Assembly (NCBI GenBank): GCA_041662665.1
Contig: JBAZSC010000001.1
Coordinates: forward strand, 129,511 to 193,510
Length of the DNA stretch: 64,000 nucleotides
Reading direction: 5' to 3'
From: Patescibacteria group bacterium
Lineage (GTDB): Bacteria; Patescibacteriota; JABMPQ01; JAQVVF01
The notes under the pieces were generated by a model. The model saw nothing but the letters and a program-made list of their open reading frames with translations. It made no database searches and was not told the DNA's origin. Numbering within the stretch: position 1 is the first letter of the stretch; every line of letters begins with the position of its first letter. Shown here piece by piece: positions 37,143 to 47,533 of this stretch. Both the position numbers and the translations under genes were made by a program.

Positions 37143-37424
37143 ATGACTAAGATGGCTTTAATTGAAAAACTATCTGCCAAATTAGGTATTTCAAAAAGAG
37201 AAACTGATAAATACATTTCAACATTTGTTGAAATCGTCACTGAAGAGTTAAAACAGAATAATAAAGTTGCTGTTACTGGTTTTGGTACTTTTTCTGTTTC
37301 AGATCGAAAAGCAAGAGAAGGTGTCAATCCACAAAATCCAAAACAAAGAATTACAATTCCAGCGATGAAATTACCAAAATTTACTGCAGGAAAAACACTT
37401 AAAGATAAATTACGTGCTGTTTAA
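37143..37424 (+). CDS. hup: HU/IHF-family DNA-binding protein
   Basis: MTKMALIEKLSAKLGISKRETDKYISTFVEIV...VAVTGFGTFSVSDRKAREGVNPQNPKQRITIPAMKLPKFTAGKTLKDKL. Followed by a hairpin + T-run terminator (37446-37476). Confidence 0.85.
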   Translation: MTKMALIEKLSAKLGISKRETDKYISTFVEIVTEELKQNNKVAVTGFGTFSVSDRKAREGVNPQNPKQRITIPAMKLPKFTAGKTLKDKLRAV

Positions 37425-37488
37425 GATTTTATTTTTATATATTTAAAAAGGCGAGAATCAATTCTCGTCTTTTTTAAAAAACCAAAAA

Positions 37489-37612
37489 AAATCCCAAATA
37501 CCAAATCCCAAACAAATTACAATAACCAAATTACAAAATTTTAAGAATAAGTTTTGTGATTTGTAATTTGTTAATTGTTTGGAATTTGGGATTTGTAATT
37601 TCGACGTTTAAT
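37489..37612. repeat. intergenic composite palindrome, 'caaatcccaaat' family (copy 3)
   Basis: atcccaaataccaaatcccaaacaaattacaataaccaaattacaaaatttt...gttttgtgatttgtaatttgttaattgtttggaatttgggatttgtaattt. Confidence 0.7.
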
Positions 37613-37627
37613 TGTTAAAATCATTTC

Positions 37628-39763
37628 ATGCATCAAATTTTAGATCAACTTAACGATATCCAAAAACAAGCAGTTCTTCATCAGCAAGGACCTCTTTTAA
37701 TTTTGGCTGGTGCAGGTTCAGGCAAAACAAAAACATTGACTCATCGCATTGCTTATTTAGTTGCTAATGGTGTTTCGCCATTCAACATCTTGGCAGTTAC
37801 ATTTACCAACAAAGCAGCTCAAGAGATGAAAGAGCGTGTTGGTAAATTAATCAAAAGCCTTAATTTGCCAAAATATTCTTCTAGTCAAAAACGGATTGAT
37901 TATAGATTGCCTTTTCTTGGCACTTTTCATGCAATTTGTGTTCGGATCTTAAAAATAGAAATTGAACATTTAGGTTACAGTAAAAATTTTAATATTTATG
38001 ATTCTGAAGATCAGTTATCCGCAATCAAGCAGTCAATGCGAAAATTAAATTATAATACCAACGAAATAAATCCAAGAATTATCCATTCTATTATTTCTAG
38101 CGCTAAAAATGATTTATTAGAACCAAATGATTTAAAAAATAAATCTAATGAATTTATCGAAGAGGTGGCAGGAGAAACTTATGAAGTCTATCAATCTTTT
38201 TTGAAAGAAAATAATGCTCTTGATTTTGATGATCTAATCATGATGACCATTAAAATTTTTCAAAAATTTCCACAAATTTTAGCAAAATATCAAAATCAAT
38301 TTCAATATGTTTTAGTCGATGAATATCAAGATACAAACAAGGCTCAATATTTATTAGTAAATTTATTATCAAAACGTTATCAAAATATTACTGTTGTTGG
38401 TGATGATTGGCAATCAATTTATTCTTGGCGCGGTGCAGATATTTCCAATATTTTGAATTTTGAAAAGGATTTTAAAAAAGCCAAGACTTTGAAATTAGAA
38501 CAAAATTATCGTTCAACTCAAAATATCTTAGATGTTGCCCATTGTATTATCGAAAAAAATAAAAATAAAAAAGATAAAAAATTATGGACTGATAATGAAA
38601 AAGGCGACAAACCAGTTTTGTTCGAAGCCGAAGATGAGCAAGAAGAAGCAAGATTTATAATTGATGAAATAAATAATTCCAAGCAACCATACAATCGATT
38701 TGTTGTTTTATATCGCACGAATGCCCAATCTCGATCTTTAGAAGAAAATTTTTTAAAGCACGATATTCCATATAAAATTATTGGTGGCTTAAAATTTTAT
38801 GAACGAAAAGAAATTAAGGATATCATTGCTTATCTTAGAGTCATAAATTCTTTCAAAGACACAGTTGGTTTAAGCAGAATTATCAATACTCCGCCAAGAA
38901 GAATTGGCGCCAAGACTTTGGGAGCTTTAGAAAAATATGCCAAACAAAATAAAATTGATTATATCAAAGCAGCAATTGCTTCAGAAAAATTAACTGGTGT
39001 TTCAAGTCAAACAAAAAATAATCTCAATCAATTTGGTTTAATTATGGAATATTTAAATGCTAAATCAAAAGAAATAAATCTGACTTCTTTAATTGATTTA
39101 TTATTACTAAAAATAGGTTTTAAAGAATTTATTTTAGATGGTTCTGAAGAAGGCGAGTACCGTTGGGAAAATATTCAAGAAATCAAAACAGTTGCTTCAA
39201 AATTTGATGATAATAAAGATGGTTTAGCAAAATTTTTGGAAGAAATTGCTTTAGTTTCAGATACCGATGAAGTTGATGATAAAAATAATTCTGTGACGTT
39301 AATGACAATGCATTCTGCCAAAGGTCTAGAATTTAGCAATGTTTTTATTGTTGGTTTGGAAGAAAATCTTTTTCCTCATTCAAGAGCGCTTGTATCGCAA
39401 GAGGAGCTTGAAGAAGAGAGAAGATTGTGCTATGTTGCTATGACTAGAGCTAAAGAAAAACTCTATTTAATTTTTGCCAAAACCAGAGAAATCTTTGGTC
39501 AAATGCAAGCCAATCCAGTCTCTCGTTTCATCGAAGATATTCCCAAGAAAAATCTTGATTCCTATTCCAAATCTTTCAATCAAAATGTTGTTTATCAAGA
39601 TAATAAAAAAGATTGTGAATTTAAGTCAGGCGATAAAGTAAAACATGCCGAATTTGGCAAAGGTATGGTTATTGGTTTTAACGAAGATTTAATCACTGTT
39701 ATTTTTGAGAAAATCGGAATAAAAAAATTGTCTTTAGAATACGCAAAGCTGAAGAAGATTTGA
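37628..39763 (+). CDS. pcrA: ATP-dependent DNA helicase UvrD/PcrA family
   Basis: LNDIQKQAVLHQQGPLLILAGAGSGKTKTLTHRIAYL (motif I), DEYQDTN (motif II) and later helicase motifs. 711 aa. Confidence 0.9.
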   Translation: MHQILDQLNDIQKQAVLHQQGPLLILAGAGSGKTKTLTHRIAYLVANGVSPFNILAVTFTNKAAQEMKERVGKLIKSLNLPKYSSSQKRIDYRLPFLGTFHAICVRILKIEIEHLGYSKNFNIYDSEDQLSAIKQSMRKLNYNTNEINPRIIHSIISSAKNDLLEPNDLKNKSNEFIEEVAGETYEVYQSFLKENNALDFDDLIMMTIKIFQKFPQILAKYQNQFQYVLVDEYQDTNKAQYLLVNLLSKRYQNITVVGDDWQSIYSWRGADISNILNFEKDFKKAKTLKLEQNYRSTQNILDVAHCIIEKNKNKKDKKLWTDNEKGDKPVLFEAEDEQEEARFIIDEINNSKQPYNRFVVLYRTNAQSRSLEENFLKHDIPYKIIGGLKFYERKEIKDIIAYLRVINSFKDTVGLSRIINTPPRRIGAKTLGALEKYAKQNKIDYIKAAIASEKLTGVSSQTKNNLNQFGLIMEYLNAKSKEINLTSLIDLLLLKIGFKEFILDGSEEGEYRWENIQEIKTVASKFDDNKDGLAKFLEEIALVSDTDEVDDKNNSVTLMTMHSAKGLEFSNVFIVGLEENLFPHSRALVSQEELEEERRLCYVAMTRAKEKLYLIFAKTREIFGQMQANPVSRFIEDIPKKNLDSYSKSFNQNVVYQDNKKDCEFKSGDKVKHAEFGKGMVIGFNEDLITVIFEKIGIKKLSLEYAKLKKI

Positions 39764-39769
39764 GGTTCT

Positions 39770-39950
39770 ACCCAGCTTTAGCTGGGGTTCGAAAAACTTT
39801 AGTTTTCGTCGGCGTTCTACTGCAACTTTAGTTGCACAAACCCCAGCTGAAGCTGGGTCATAAACGAGTTACTACCCAGCTTTTAGCTGGGGATTAAAAA
39901 TTTTGGATTGCAAAATTTTTACTGCAACTTTAGTTGCAGTAGTAGAAATT
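39770..39950. repeat. cluster of five short hairpins sharing a cTTTAg loop
   Basis: cccagctttagctgggg occurs three times and tgcaactttagttgca twice, arranged A-B-A-A-B between pcrA and rsmA. Confidence 0.6.
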
Positions 39951-39955
39951 ATATT

Positions 39956-40741
39956 ATGTTTCCAAACAAAGTCCTTGGCCAAAATTTTTTAGAAAATGAA
40001 GCAATAGTTGACAAAATGTTAAAGTCAGCTGAATTAAGTTTGCAAGATATAGTTCTAGAAGTTGGTCCAGGTCAAGGCGCCATAACTTCCAAATTATATC
40101 CAAAAGTTAAACAAGTCATTGCCGTAGAAAAAGATGGAGAGTTAGTCAAATATTTAGAAAACAAATTTAAAAATGCCAAAAATTTAAAAATTTTAGAAGG
40201 CGATATTTTAAAATCCCAATATTCAATATTTAATATTCAATCTTACAAAATAGTTTCTAATCTACCATTTTATCTTACCTCACGTTTCTTAAGAGTTTTT
40301 CTAGAATTACAAAACAAGCCGTCGTTGATGGTTTTAATAATTCAAAAAGAAGTTGCAGAAAGGATTTGCGATCAACCTCCTCAAGCAAGTCTTCTTTCAA
40401 ATTCTGTTCAATTCTATGGCAAGCCAGAAATTATTGATATTGTCCCAAAAGAAAATTTTAATCCGATTCCAGAAGTTGATGCTGCAATTATAAAGATAAA
40501 TGTTTTTAAAGAACCAAAAATAAAAGTTGATAATGTTGATGAATTTTTCAAAATTTTAAAAATTGGTTTTTCTCAAAAAAGAAAACAACTTCATAATAAT
40601 TTTTCATCAGGTTTGCATATTAGCAAAGAAGAAGCTAAAAAATTATTGCAAAATTGCGGCATTAATCCAGAAAGACGAGCACAGACTTTGAGTTTAGAAG
40701 AGTGGGAAAAGCTGTATAAGTTACTAGTAACTAGTGACTAG
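39956..40741 (+). CDS. rsmA: 16S rRNA (adenine1518/1519-N6)-dimethyltransferase RsmA/KsgA
   Basis: VLGQNFLENEAIVDKML...VLEVGPGQGAITSKL (SAM-binding site) ...VSNLPFYLTS. The internal Met (MFPNKVLGQNFL) was chosen because the track start (TTG 39908) lies inside the hairpin cluster. Confidence 0.8.
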   Translation: MFPNKVLGQNFLENEAIVDKMLKSAELSLQDIVLEVGPGQGAITSKLYPKVKQVIAVEKDGELVKYLENKFKNAKNLKILEGDILKSQYSIFNIQSYKIVSNLPFYLTSRFLRVFLELQNKPSLMVLIIQKEVAERICDQPPQASLLSNSVQFYGKPEIIDIVPKENFNPIPEVDAAIIKINVFKEPKIKVDNVDEFFKILKIGFSQKRKQLHNNFSSGLHISKEEAKKLLQNCGINPERRAQTLSLEEWEKLYKLLVTSD

Positions 40742-41000
40742 TAACTAGTTACTCGAATAAGTTATACACAAGCAACAAAAATCAGAGAAATAATTATTTT
40801 ATTTAGGCTTAAACAAGGTTATTATTCTTATAACTTACAACTTATAACTTATTTCTTCGTTTTGACACAAATTCATAAAATTGTTATTATTAAGCTAATA
40901 GAAAAAGTCCGCAATTTCTGCGTTAGCTTCTGCGTTAGCTTCTGCGTTAGCTTCTGCGTAGTTTAGCGAGTATTTACAAAACAAAATCAAATTAATCAAA

Positions 41001-42041
41001 ATGGCGAAACGAAAGCTCAAGCTATTTTTGCTTGTTATTTCCGGCCTCTTTATCTTTGGTGTAGGCTATATTTTCGCACAAAAATACCAAGACGATAATC
41101 AAAGTTCAACGAGTTCTTTTTTTCAATCAAGTCTTGATTCAGATAATGATGGCATAGTTGATGATCAGGAAAGAAAACTTAGTACAAATCCATATTTAGC
41201 AGATTCAGATTCTGATGGTTTTACTGACAAGCAAGAGGTTGATACAAAACACAATCCAAATGTTGCCGAATCTAAAGATAATCTAGATCAAGACAATGAT
41301 GGTTTAATTGGTTCAGATGAGAAAAAATTCGGTACTGACCTAAATAATGCTGATTCAGATTTTGATGGTTATCAAGATGGTGAGGAAATTGCTAATGGTT
41401 TTGATCCAACAAAAGCCAATTTAGGAAATATTAAGGCTCTGCTTAGCCAAATTCCAGATGAAAAAAAGCAAGAAGCAAAAGATATAACTGGAGTTGATCT
41501 AACTACTGGTTCATCAATTGATTCTTTGCAAGGAGTTCTAAATTCTGATCAATCTGAAGATTTGCAAAAAAATATTGATCAAATAGTAAGTGGCGCAAAT
41601 CAGGAATTAACTTTAGTTGAAGTAAAAGATAATGAAATAATTATTTCAGGTGATTCAAATTCTGAAACAAAAGATCAATATTTTGAATCATTTAACAATA
41701 TCGTAAAACAAAATCTAAATTTTTTGCTAGATCCAAATATTCAAGGCGAAATGATTAGCAAATATGGTGAAACAGAAACAACAATCAAAATTTCTCAAGC
41801 CTTCAGTAAATCAGCTGATGAATTTGAAAAAATAGCAGTTCCAAATGATTCAGATCTTATTAGTACACATCGAAAAATGATTTCTGTTTTCAGAACTTTA
41901 TCGCAAAAATATGATCTTATAGCCAATTCTCAAAGCAATAATTTGCCAACATTATCTCAAGCTCTAAAAGATATTTTGTCTTTAAATAAAATATTATACG
42001 AAGATATATTTGTTAAAATAAAAGAATTATCAATTTATTAA
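41001..42041 (+). CDS. secreted protein with thrombospondin-type-3-like Ca-binding Asp-rich repeats
   Basis: N-terminal TM/signal. DSDNDGIVDDQE, DSDSDGFTDKQE, DQDNDGLIGSDE and DSDFDGYQDGEE are DxDxDG-type repeats. Confidence 0.5.
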   Translation: MAKRKLKLFLLVISGLFIFGVGYIFAQKYQDDNQSSTSSFFQSSLDSDNDGIVDDQERKLSTNPYLADSDSDGFTDKQEVDTKHNPNVAESKDNLDQDNDGLIGSDEKKFGTDLNNADSDFDGYQDGEEIANGFDPTKANLGNIKALLSQIPDEKKQEAKDITGVDLTTGSSIDSLQGVLNSDQSEDLQKNIDQIVSGANQELTLVEVKDNEIIISGDSNSETKDQYFESFNNIVKQNLNFLLDPNIQGEMISKYGETETTIKISQAFSKSADEFEKIAVPNDSDLISTHRKMISVFRTLSQKYDLIANSQSNNLPTLSQALKDILSLNKILYEDIFVKIKELSIY

Positions 42042-42153
42042 ACGAGCAAATTCCGCGTTTTCTGCGATTAAAAATTTATTTCAAAATTTTTAATTTCCGC
42101 GTAATTCTGCGTTAAAAACTAATTAAATAGACTAGTAGCAATTAAATTTATAA

Positions 42154-42990
42154 ATGCTTAAAAAAATATCACTATTACTGTTAATCTTAACTCTATTCAT
42201 TACTTATAATGCTACTATTTTAACTGTCAAAAAAGCAGATGCCATTCCAGTAACAATCGATCTTCCAAGAGATACTGCAGATCGTGTTGGCATCACAATT
42301 TGGAAAGCTGCAATTTATCCATTAGTTCGCGATATGGTTTTATCTTTTGTTTCAACTGGCGATTTCAAGCTTAGCTGGAATAATGTTAAAGATTGGTTAA
42401 TTCACGATTTAGCTTTTCAAACCGCTAATGCTATTTTGCAAGAATATGTTGGTTTTAATTTGTGCACCACAATTGGAGCAGATGTCAGGATTGCTCTACT
42501 TCAAATGTACGATGACACTGGCTTTGCGCCAGATTGTACCTTTGATCAGAGTCAGCTTGCTCAAGTGACGGAAAAGCTCTTTTCGGATGATAGCACTTCC
42601 GCTTGGCAAGATGTAAGAAATTATTATTATGCCAATTTTCATTTAAGTCTTTTAGGCGAGGCAAATCAATTTGGCACTTGGTTCAAACTGCGAGATAATA
42701 TCAATGCTCAAGCGAATCAACGCCAACAAAATATCCGATTTGAAATGCTAATAAATGAGGGATTTTTAGGCAATTATGATTGTGCCGGTGTTCCAGAAAG
42801 CCGTCGTCCAGATGATTGTCGAGTTTTATCTCCTGGCATGATTACTGCAGAATTAATAAAAAGTAGCATAAGAGATCCAATGGATTCAGCTCTCAAGGCC
42901 CAAATGATAAATGATGTCGCAGCTCTTGGTGGAGTTGTTACTGATATGTTGAAAAATAAATTTATATATTCTATTTACGATAAATTATAA
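42154..42990 (+). CDS. secreted hypothetical protein
   Basis: Signal peptide MLKKISLLLLILTLFITYNA. No recognised domain. Confidence 0.45.
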   Translation: MLKKISLLLLILTLFITYNATILTVKKADAIPVTIDLPRDTADRVGITIWKAAIYPLVRDMVLSFVSTGDFKLSWNNVKDWLIHDLAFQTANAILQEYVGFNLCTTIGADVRIALLQMYDDTGFAPDCTFDQSQLAQVTEKLFSDDSTSAWQDVRNYYYANFHLSLLGEANQFGTWFKLRDNINAQANQRQQNIRFEMLINEGFLGNYDCAGVPESRRPDDCRVLSPGMITAELIKSSIRDPMDSALKAQMINDVAALGGVVTDMLKNKFIYSIYDKL

Positions 42991-43148
42991 AATTAATAAA
43001 ATAGTTTTAGTCAGTTTCTGTGTTTTCTGCGTTAGATTCTGCGTCATTCTGCGAAAACGTTTTAAGCGCAGAAAAACGCAGAATCTAACGCAGAGTCAAA
43101 AATTTTTATAACAAAATTTTTGACGCAGAAAAAATAGCCACAATCAAC

Positions 43149-45395
43149 TTGTTCAAAAATAAATCAAAATTAAAAAAAATATTAATAATTGCAATTTCCC
43201 TTGCTCTGTTTTTGATACCAACAGTTTTTGTTTTCGCGGACACAGGAGCAACTACAGCTCAGGCTAGTACTGGAACTAATGTCATAGATAAAACACTTTT
43301 GGGAGCAGTTACTTTGATTGTCGGTGGACTTTGCTATATTGCTGTTACAGTAATCACATTAGGCTTATGGATTATTGGTACAATTTTTGATTGGGTTATT
43401 GGTGGAACAACAATCAATGCTAGCTCAATGAATGAAATTGTTACAGCTGGTTGGGTATTGGTACGAGATATCTTAAATATTATTTTCGTTCTTGCATTAT
43501 TAGGCATTGCTTTTGCGACAATCTTAAGAATCGAAGCCTATCAATTTAAAACTTTATTGCCAAAATTATTAGTTGGCGCTTTGCTAGTTAATTTCAGCAA
43601 AACAATTGCATTAACATTAGTAGATTTTTCAAATGCTATTATGAGCGGAATAATGGGCACTCAAAATGGCGCAACAGCTTCTGCTTCTCTTTTAGCTTTA
43701 TTTAATGTTTCCAGTTTCTTGGATTTAAGTATGAATTTAGGAACACAGCTAAAAGTTGCAAGCACTGAACCTGCAGTATTAGGAACGAACATATTAGTTG
43801 TTGTGTTTTTAGGAATGTTTACGATGGCTTTAGCTGGATTAGCAGTTTTGTTAGTTATTCGTACTGTTGTTTTAATGATTTTAGTAGTTTTTTCTCCAAT
43901 TGCTTTTGTTTTAAATGTTTTACCAGTAACTCAAAAATATGCCAGCAAATGGTGGGAAGAATTTACAAAATATTTATTTGTTGGTCCAGTTGTTTGTATT
44001 TGTTATCTATTAGCTCTTCTTTTTGCTGTTAAATTTTCTCAAGGTGGAGGAATTACTGGTCTTACGGGTAATGTTGCTACGCAATTCAAAACCAATGTCG
44101 GCATGTCATCAGGCACAATTGGTCAATTCTTCGGCATGGCAATCGCTTGTGGAATTATGTTTGTTGGATTTACTTTTTCAAAAGAAGCAGCTGAAGGTTT
44201 AGCTGGTTCGGCGATGGGATTAGTTAAAAAAGGATTAATGGGAACAGCTGCATTGGCTGGCGGATTTGGAGCTAGAAAATTAAATGAATCATTAATGTCT
44301 GGTAAAAAGGGAAATATTGGCAAATTAATTTCAAAAGGATTGCAACTTGCTCGAGTTAGTCCGGGAACAGCAGACAAAGCTGGTGATCTTACTAAATTCC
44401 TAAGTCCGACTTTAGTTGCCGAAGGCTGGAAAGAAAGACAAGCTAAAAGAACAGCTGAAGCAATGTCCGGTGGCGCTGGTTTTATTCATGGCAGGATCAA
44501 TGCAGTTACAAATAAAATGCCATGGCTATTTGGCAAGGATGAAACTGATTTTGAACGACGTGGTCAAATGGAAAGTGTTGATAAACATATGTCAGAAATG
44601 AAAAAATATGGCAAAGGCAGTCATGAATATTATCGAAAAGAATTACGTGATTCTTTGGTCAAAAAAGATATGAGTCGGGCAGAAGCAGCTGTTATGTTGC
44701 TAGAAGGAGATGTGAATTTCAATGAAATTATGCGTGATGGAGTCTTGGGAAAAATGGTTGGTAATAAGTCGTATGATAAAGAAGGAAATGTTACAGGTTC
44801 TACGAAAACAGATTCAGTTACCGGCGCAGTAACTCCGATAGACAATACTCATAGCACCTCTTATGAAGCCTGGCAAGATTTCTTAATCCATAATTTCGGC
44901 AATCAGCGCGCAAAGTATATTGCTGGTAATTCCAATGATCTCTTGAAAGGTAAAGGAGAATGGGATAAAGCCGAATCTGTTAGAATTAATGAGCAAGGTC
45001 AAATGTTTTGGAATCCTGATCATGCTAAAGATGCAGCTGTCGAATGGTCAAAAGTTGGTTCTAGAAGTTCTGCTGCAGTTCCTAGATTTGCTGTCTCTAA
45101 TGAGAGGTATCAAAATGGTAGTGCTGTTGAACTCGCAATATCTCCAGTTCTACAAGAATATTTAAAAATTGGTGGTGTCAAAGGTTATTCTAAAGGTACT
45201 TTGGAGCAATTTATGCCGGATGCAACCAAAAAAGTTGTTCAACAACTCGAGACTCAGGTACGTGGAGTAATATCTGCTACGACTGTTTCAGCCCCAGCAC
45301 AAGCAGCAGGTACTGACTTTTTGACAATAGTGAGAGATCAGACCGGTGGAGAAGGTTTTTATCCAGGCACTACTAGAATTGTCGACAAAATTTAA
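43149..45395 (+). CDS. large polytopic membrane protein, VirB6/TrbL-like candidate
   Basis: 748 aa. Signal-like N-terminus, then 6 or more TM helices (residues about 55-340) and a long soluble C-terminal domain. The assignment rests on architecture and its position upstream of VirB3/VirB4-like genes, not on a motif. Confidence 0.4.
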   Translation: MFKNKSKLKKILIIAISLALFLIPTVFVFADTGATTAQASTGTNVIDKTLLGAVTLIVGGLCYIAVTVITLGLWIIGTIFDWVIGGTTINASSMNEIVTAGWVLVRDILNIIFVLALLGIAFATILRIEAYQFKTLLPKLLVGALLVNFSKTIALTLVDFSNAIMSGIMGTQNGATASASLLALFNVSSFLDLSMNLGTQLKVASTEPAVLGTNILVVVFLGMFTMALAGLAVLLVIRTVVLMILVVFSPIAFVLNVLPVTQKYASKWWEEFTKYLFVGPVVCICYLLALLFAVKFSQGGGITGLTGNVATQFKTNVGMSSGTIGQFFGMAIACGIMFVGFTFSKEAAEGLAGSAMGLVKKGLMGTAALAGGFGARKLNESLMSGKKGNIGKLISKGLQLARVSPGTADKAGDLTKFLSPTLVAEGWKERQAKRTAEAMSGGAGFIHGRINAVTNKMPWLFGKDETDFERRGQMESVDKHMSEMKKYGKGSHEYYRKELRDSLVKKDMSRAEAAVMLLEGDVNFNEIMRDGVLGKMVGNKSYDKEGNVTGSTKTDSVTGAVTPIDNTHSTSYEAWQDFLIHNFGNQRAKYIAGNSNDLLKGKGEWDKAESVRINEQGQMFWNPDHAKDAAVEWSKVGSRSSAAVPRFAVSNERYQNGSAVELAISPVLQEYLKIGGVKGYSKGTLEQFMPDATKKVVQQLETQVRGVISATTVSAPAQAAGTDFLTIVRDQTGGEGFYPGTTRIVDKI

Positions 45396-45413
45396 AAGTA
45401 TTATCAATAAGAC

Positions 45414-46835
45414 ATGCAAAGATTAAGTTTAACACAATTAGTCGATCAAAATATTTTTGACAAGATTTTCAAACAAGCACAAGACTGTGAGCGTTTTAGT
45501 TTTCAAGGAGAATATGGTCCAATAGCTTATCAGATTATTTTGACAATTGATAATGCGTTGCAAAAATTCCCTCAATTGAAATCAGAAAATCCAGAAATTT
45601 ACAAAAAATATAATGATCTAAATATTCATCTAAAATTCCATTGCCAAGAATATCTGCCAGATGATAATGATGTTTTAGATCTCTATGAAAAACATTTAGC
45701 TGATGCTTTGAAAAGAAATATGAATTTAGAAAGATGGCTTCGAAACAAGCTTATCTCAATGCGGATGACTTATCGCGATGAATACGTGAACAAAATAAAG
45801 GCAATAATCAAAAAAAACCAGCAAAAAATTGGTGAAAAAGAAATCATAATTTCTAATAAAAAATATCAGCCAACAATTGAAAATTGGATCAAAGATTATG
45901 AATATGAAGCTAATCCCGGCATCCATTCTTTAGTTGAAAGAAATAATTATTTTTTCCAATCCAAAAATCCTAGAAATTTGAATGAGCAAGAAAAGAAAGA
46001 ATTAAAAAAACTTTTGCAGCTTTTTGATCGAATGCAATTAAAAATAACTGACGCTGGAAGTTTAACTGGTTATTCAGCATCAATGTATGGCATTGAACTC
46101 AAAAAAACAGTTGATTTAGGCGCTTTTACAACCAAAGAGCAAGAGCATATTGATAAGGGAATCAAACAGCCTGCATCAAGTGTCAAGCCAATCCCATTCC
46201 CAACTAAAAAAACAGAACAGCGAGAAAAATTATTAGCAGAAAACAAAAAACTTGCCGAAAGAGAAATGCTTGGTGTAGTAGATATTAAAAAACTTCAGGC
46301 AGCTGAACCAAGCAATAGATTTATTGCATCTATAAAGAGAATCGGCAAACCAATAAAAAAAACAGAACCAAAAATTGAAGAAACAAAAGTAATAAAAGCA
46401 GTTCCAGAAAAAGAAGTTGTCAAAGAAATTGCAAAGCCAAAAACAGAAGAATTACCAAATCCTCCAAAAAAAGTTTTTCACAAAGAACACAAAATTTTAA
46501 CCCCAGCAAAGCCAGTCATTGTTTCCAAACAAATCAACAGAATTCAAAATCTTACTATTTTAGAATTCAGAGATCTAGGTACTGATGCAAAACAATCCGC
46601 GCAGAAATTATTAAATAATCTTCGCGATATTGCCAAGACTCATGAAGAGAGAAAAATTGCTCAAGAAAATTTCATGAAAAGTCCGCTTTACAAATTATAT
46701 GAGGCAATGACAAATCAAAGCGAAACAGAAAAAAAATCAATCAGCCAAGTTTCAAAAGATAGGCAAGATCAGAAAATGGAATATTTGTCGGAAGATGAAT
46801 ACATCGCGGTGAAAAGTATAAGCAAGCTTATCTAA
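45414..46835 (+). CDS. hypothetical Lys/Glu-rich soluble protein (473 aa)
   Basis: ORF inside the T4SS-like locus. No recognised motif. Confidence 0.45.
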   Translation: MQRLSLTQLVDQNIFDKIFKQAQDCERFSFQGEYGPIAYQIILTIDNALQKFPQLKSENPEIYKKYNDLNIHLKFHCQEYLPDDNDVLDLYEKHLADALKRNMNLERWLRNKLISMRMTYRDEYVNKIKAIIKKNQQKIGEKEIIISNKKYQPTIENWIKDYEYEANPGIHSLVERNNYFFQSKNPRNLNEQEKKELKKLLQLFDRMQLKITDAGSLTGYSASMYGIELKKTVDLGAFTTKEQEHIDKGIKQPASSVKPIPFPTKKTEQREKLLAENKKLAEREMLGVVDIKKLQAAEPSNRFIASIKRIGKPIKKTEPKIEETKVIKAVPEKEVVKEIAKPKTEELPNPPKKVFHKEHKILTPAKPVIVSKQINRIQNLTILEFRDLGTDAKQSAQKLLNNLRDIAKTHEERKIAQENFMKSPLYKLYEAMTNQSETEKKSISQVSKDRQDQKMEYLSEDEYIAVKSISKLI

Positions 46836-46949
46836 TTTCCAATTAACAATTTCCAATTTTCAATAAATTACCAATTTTCAATTTACAATGAATTCTCGCA
46901 GTTTTGAAAATTGGTTATTGGAAATTTATTGTAAATTGGTCATTGAAAA

Positions 46950-47393
46950 TTGAAAACTAATTTTATGCAGTATCCCATTCCTCAATTTGTCGAAATAGAA
47001 GACCAGATTATCGGCCCTCTGACTTTAAAACAATTTTTTTATTTATTAGGTGGCGGAATATTTTTACTGATTGCTTGGTCATTTGTTGATCTGACATTAT
47101 TCATTTTTCTAGCAATAATTGTTGCTGGAATAACAATGCCATTAGCTTTTGTCAAACCTTATGGCAGACCATTGACTGATTATCTTTCTGCAGTTTTCAA
47201 ATACATTTTAGGTCCAAAAATATTAGTCTGGCATAAAAGTGGAAGAGCTCCGAGAGTAAAAGCCTATGATCTTAATAAGAAAAAATCTGGTCCAGAAAAA
47301 ATCACCATTGGCGAAAAAAAATATACACCAAGCTCTATTCATCGTCTTGCAAGACAACTTGATTTTAAGACGGTCATGAGCGAAAAAAAATAA
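46950..47393 (+). CDS. small two-TM membrane protein, VirB3/PrgI-like candidate
   Basis: 147 aa. Two adjacent hydrophobic helices (LLGGGIFLLIAWSFVDLTLFIFLAIIVAGITMPLAF). Lies immediately upstream of the VirB4-like gene, as VirB3/PrgI does. Confidence 0.4.
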   Translation: MKTNFMQYPIPQFVEIEDQIIGPLTLKQFFYLLGGGIFLLIAWSFVDLTLFIFLAIIVAGITMPLAFVKPYGRPLTDYLSAVFKYILGPKILVWHKSGRAPRVKAYDLNKKKSGPEKITIGEKKYTPSSIHRLARQLDFKTVMSEKK

Positions 47394-47533
47394 TCATAAA
47401 TGATCAATTTCCAATTCTCAATTTTCAATAAGTTGCCAATGAACAATTTTCAATGGCTACTTCGTAAGTTTTGAAAATTGGTTAATTGATAATTTATTGG
47501 AAATTGTAAATTGATAATTGAAAATTAAAACTG

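Noticed and set aside
39781-39800. tRNA-like T-loop sequence GGGGTTCGAA
   Set aside because: It is part of the cccagctttagctgggg hairpin cluster. No acceptor stem, anticodon arm or the TCC that completes a T-loop is present, and no cloverleaf can be drawn.
40905-40950. Tandem 12-mer ttctgcgttagc x3 considered as a possible CRISPR array
   Set aside because: Only three contiguous copies are present. There are no spacers, the repeat is far shorter than CRISPR repeats, and no cas genes were seen. It belongs to the ttctgcgtt intergenic palindrome family.
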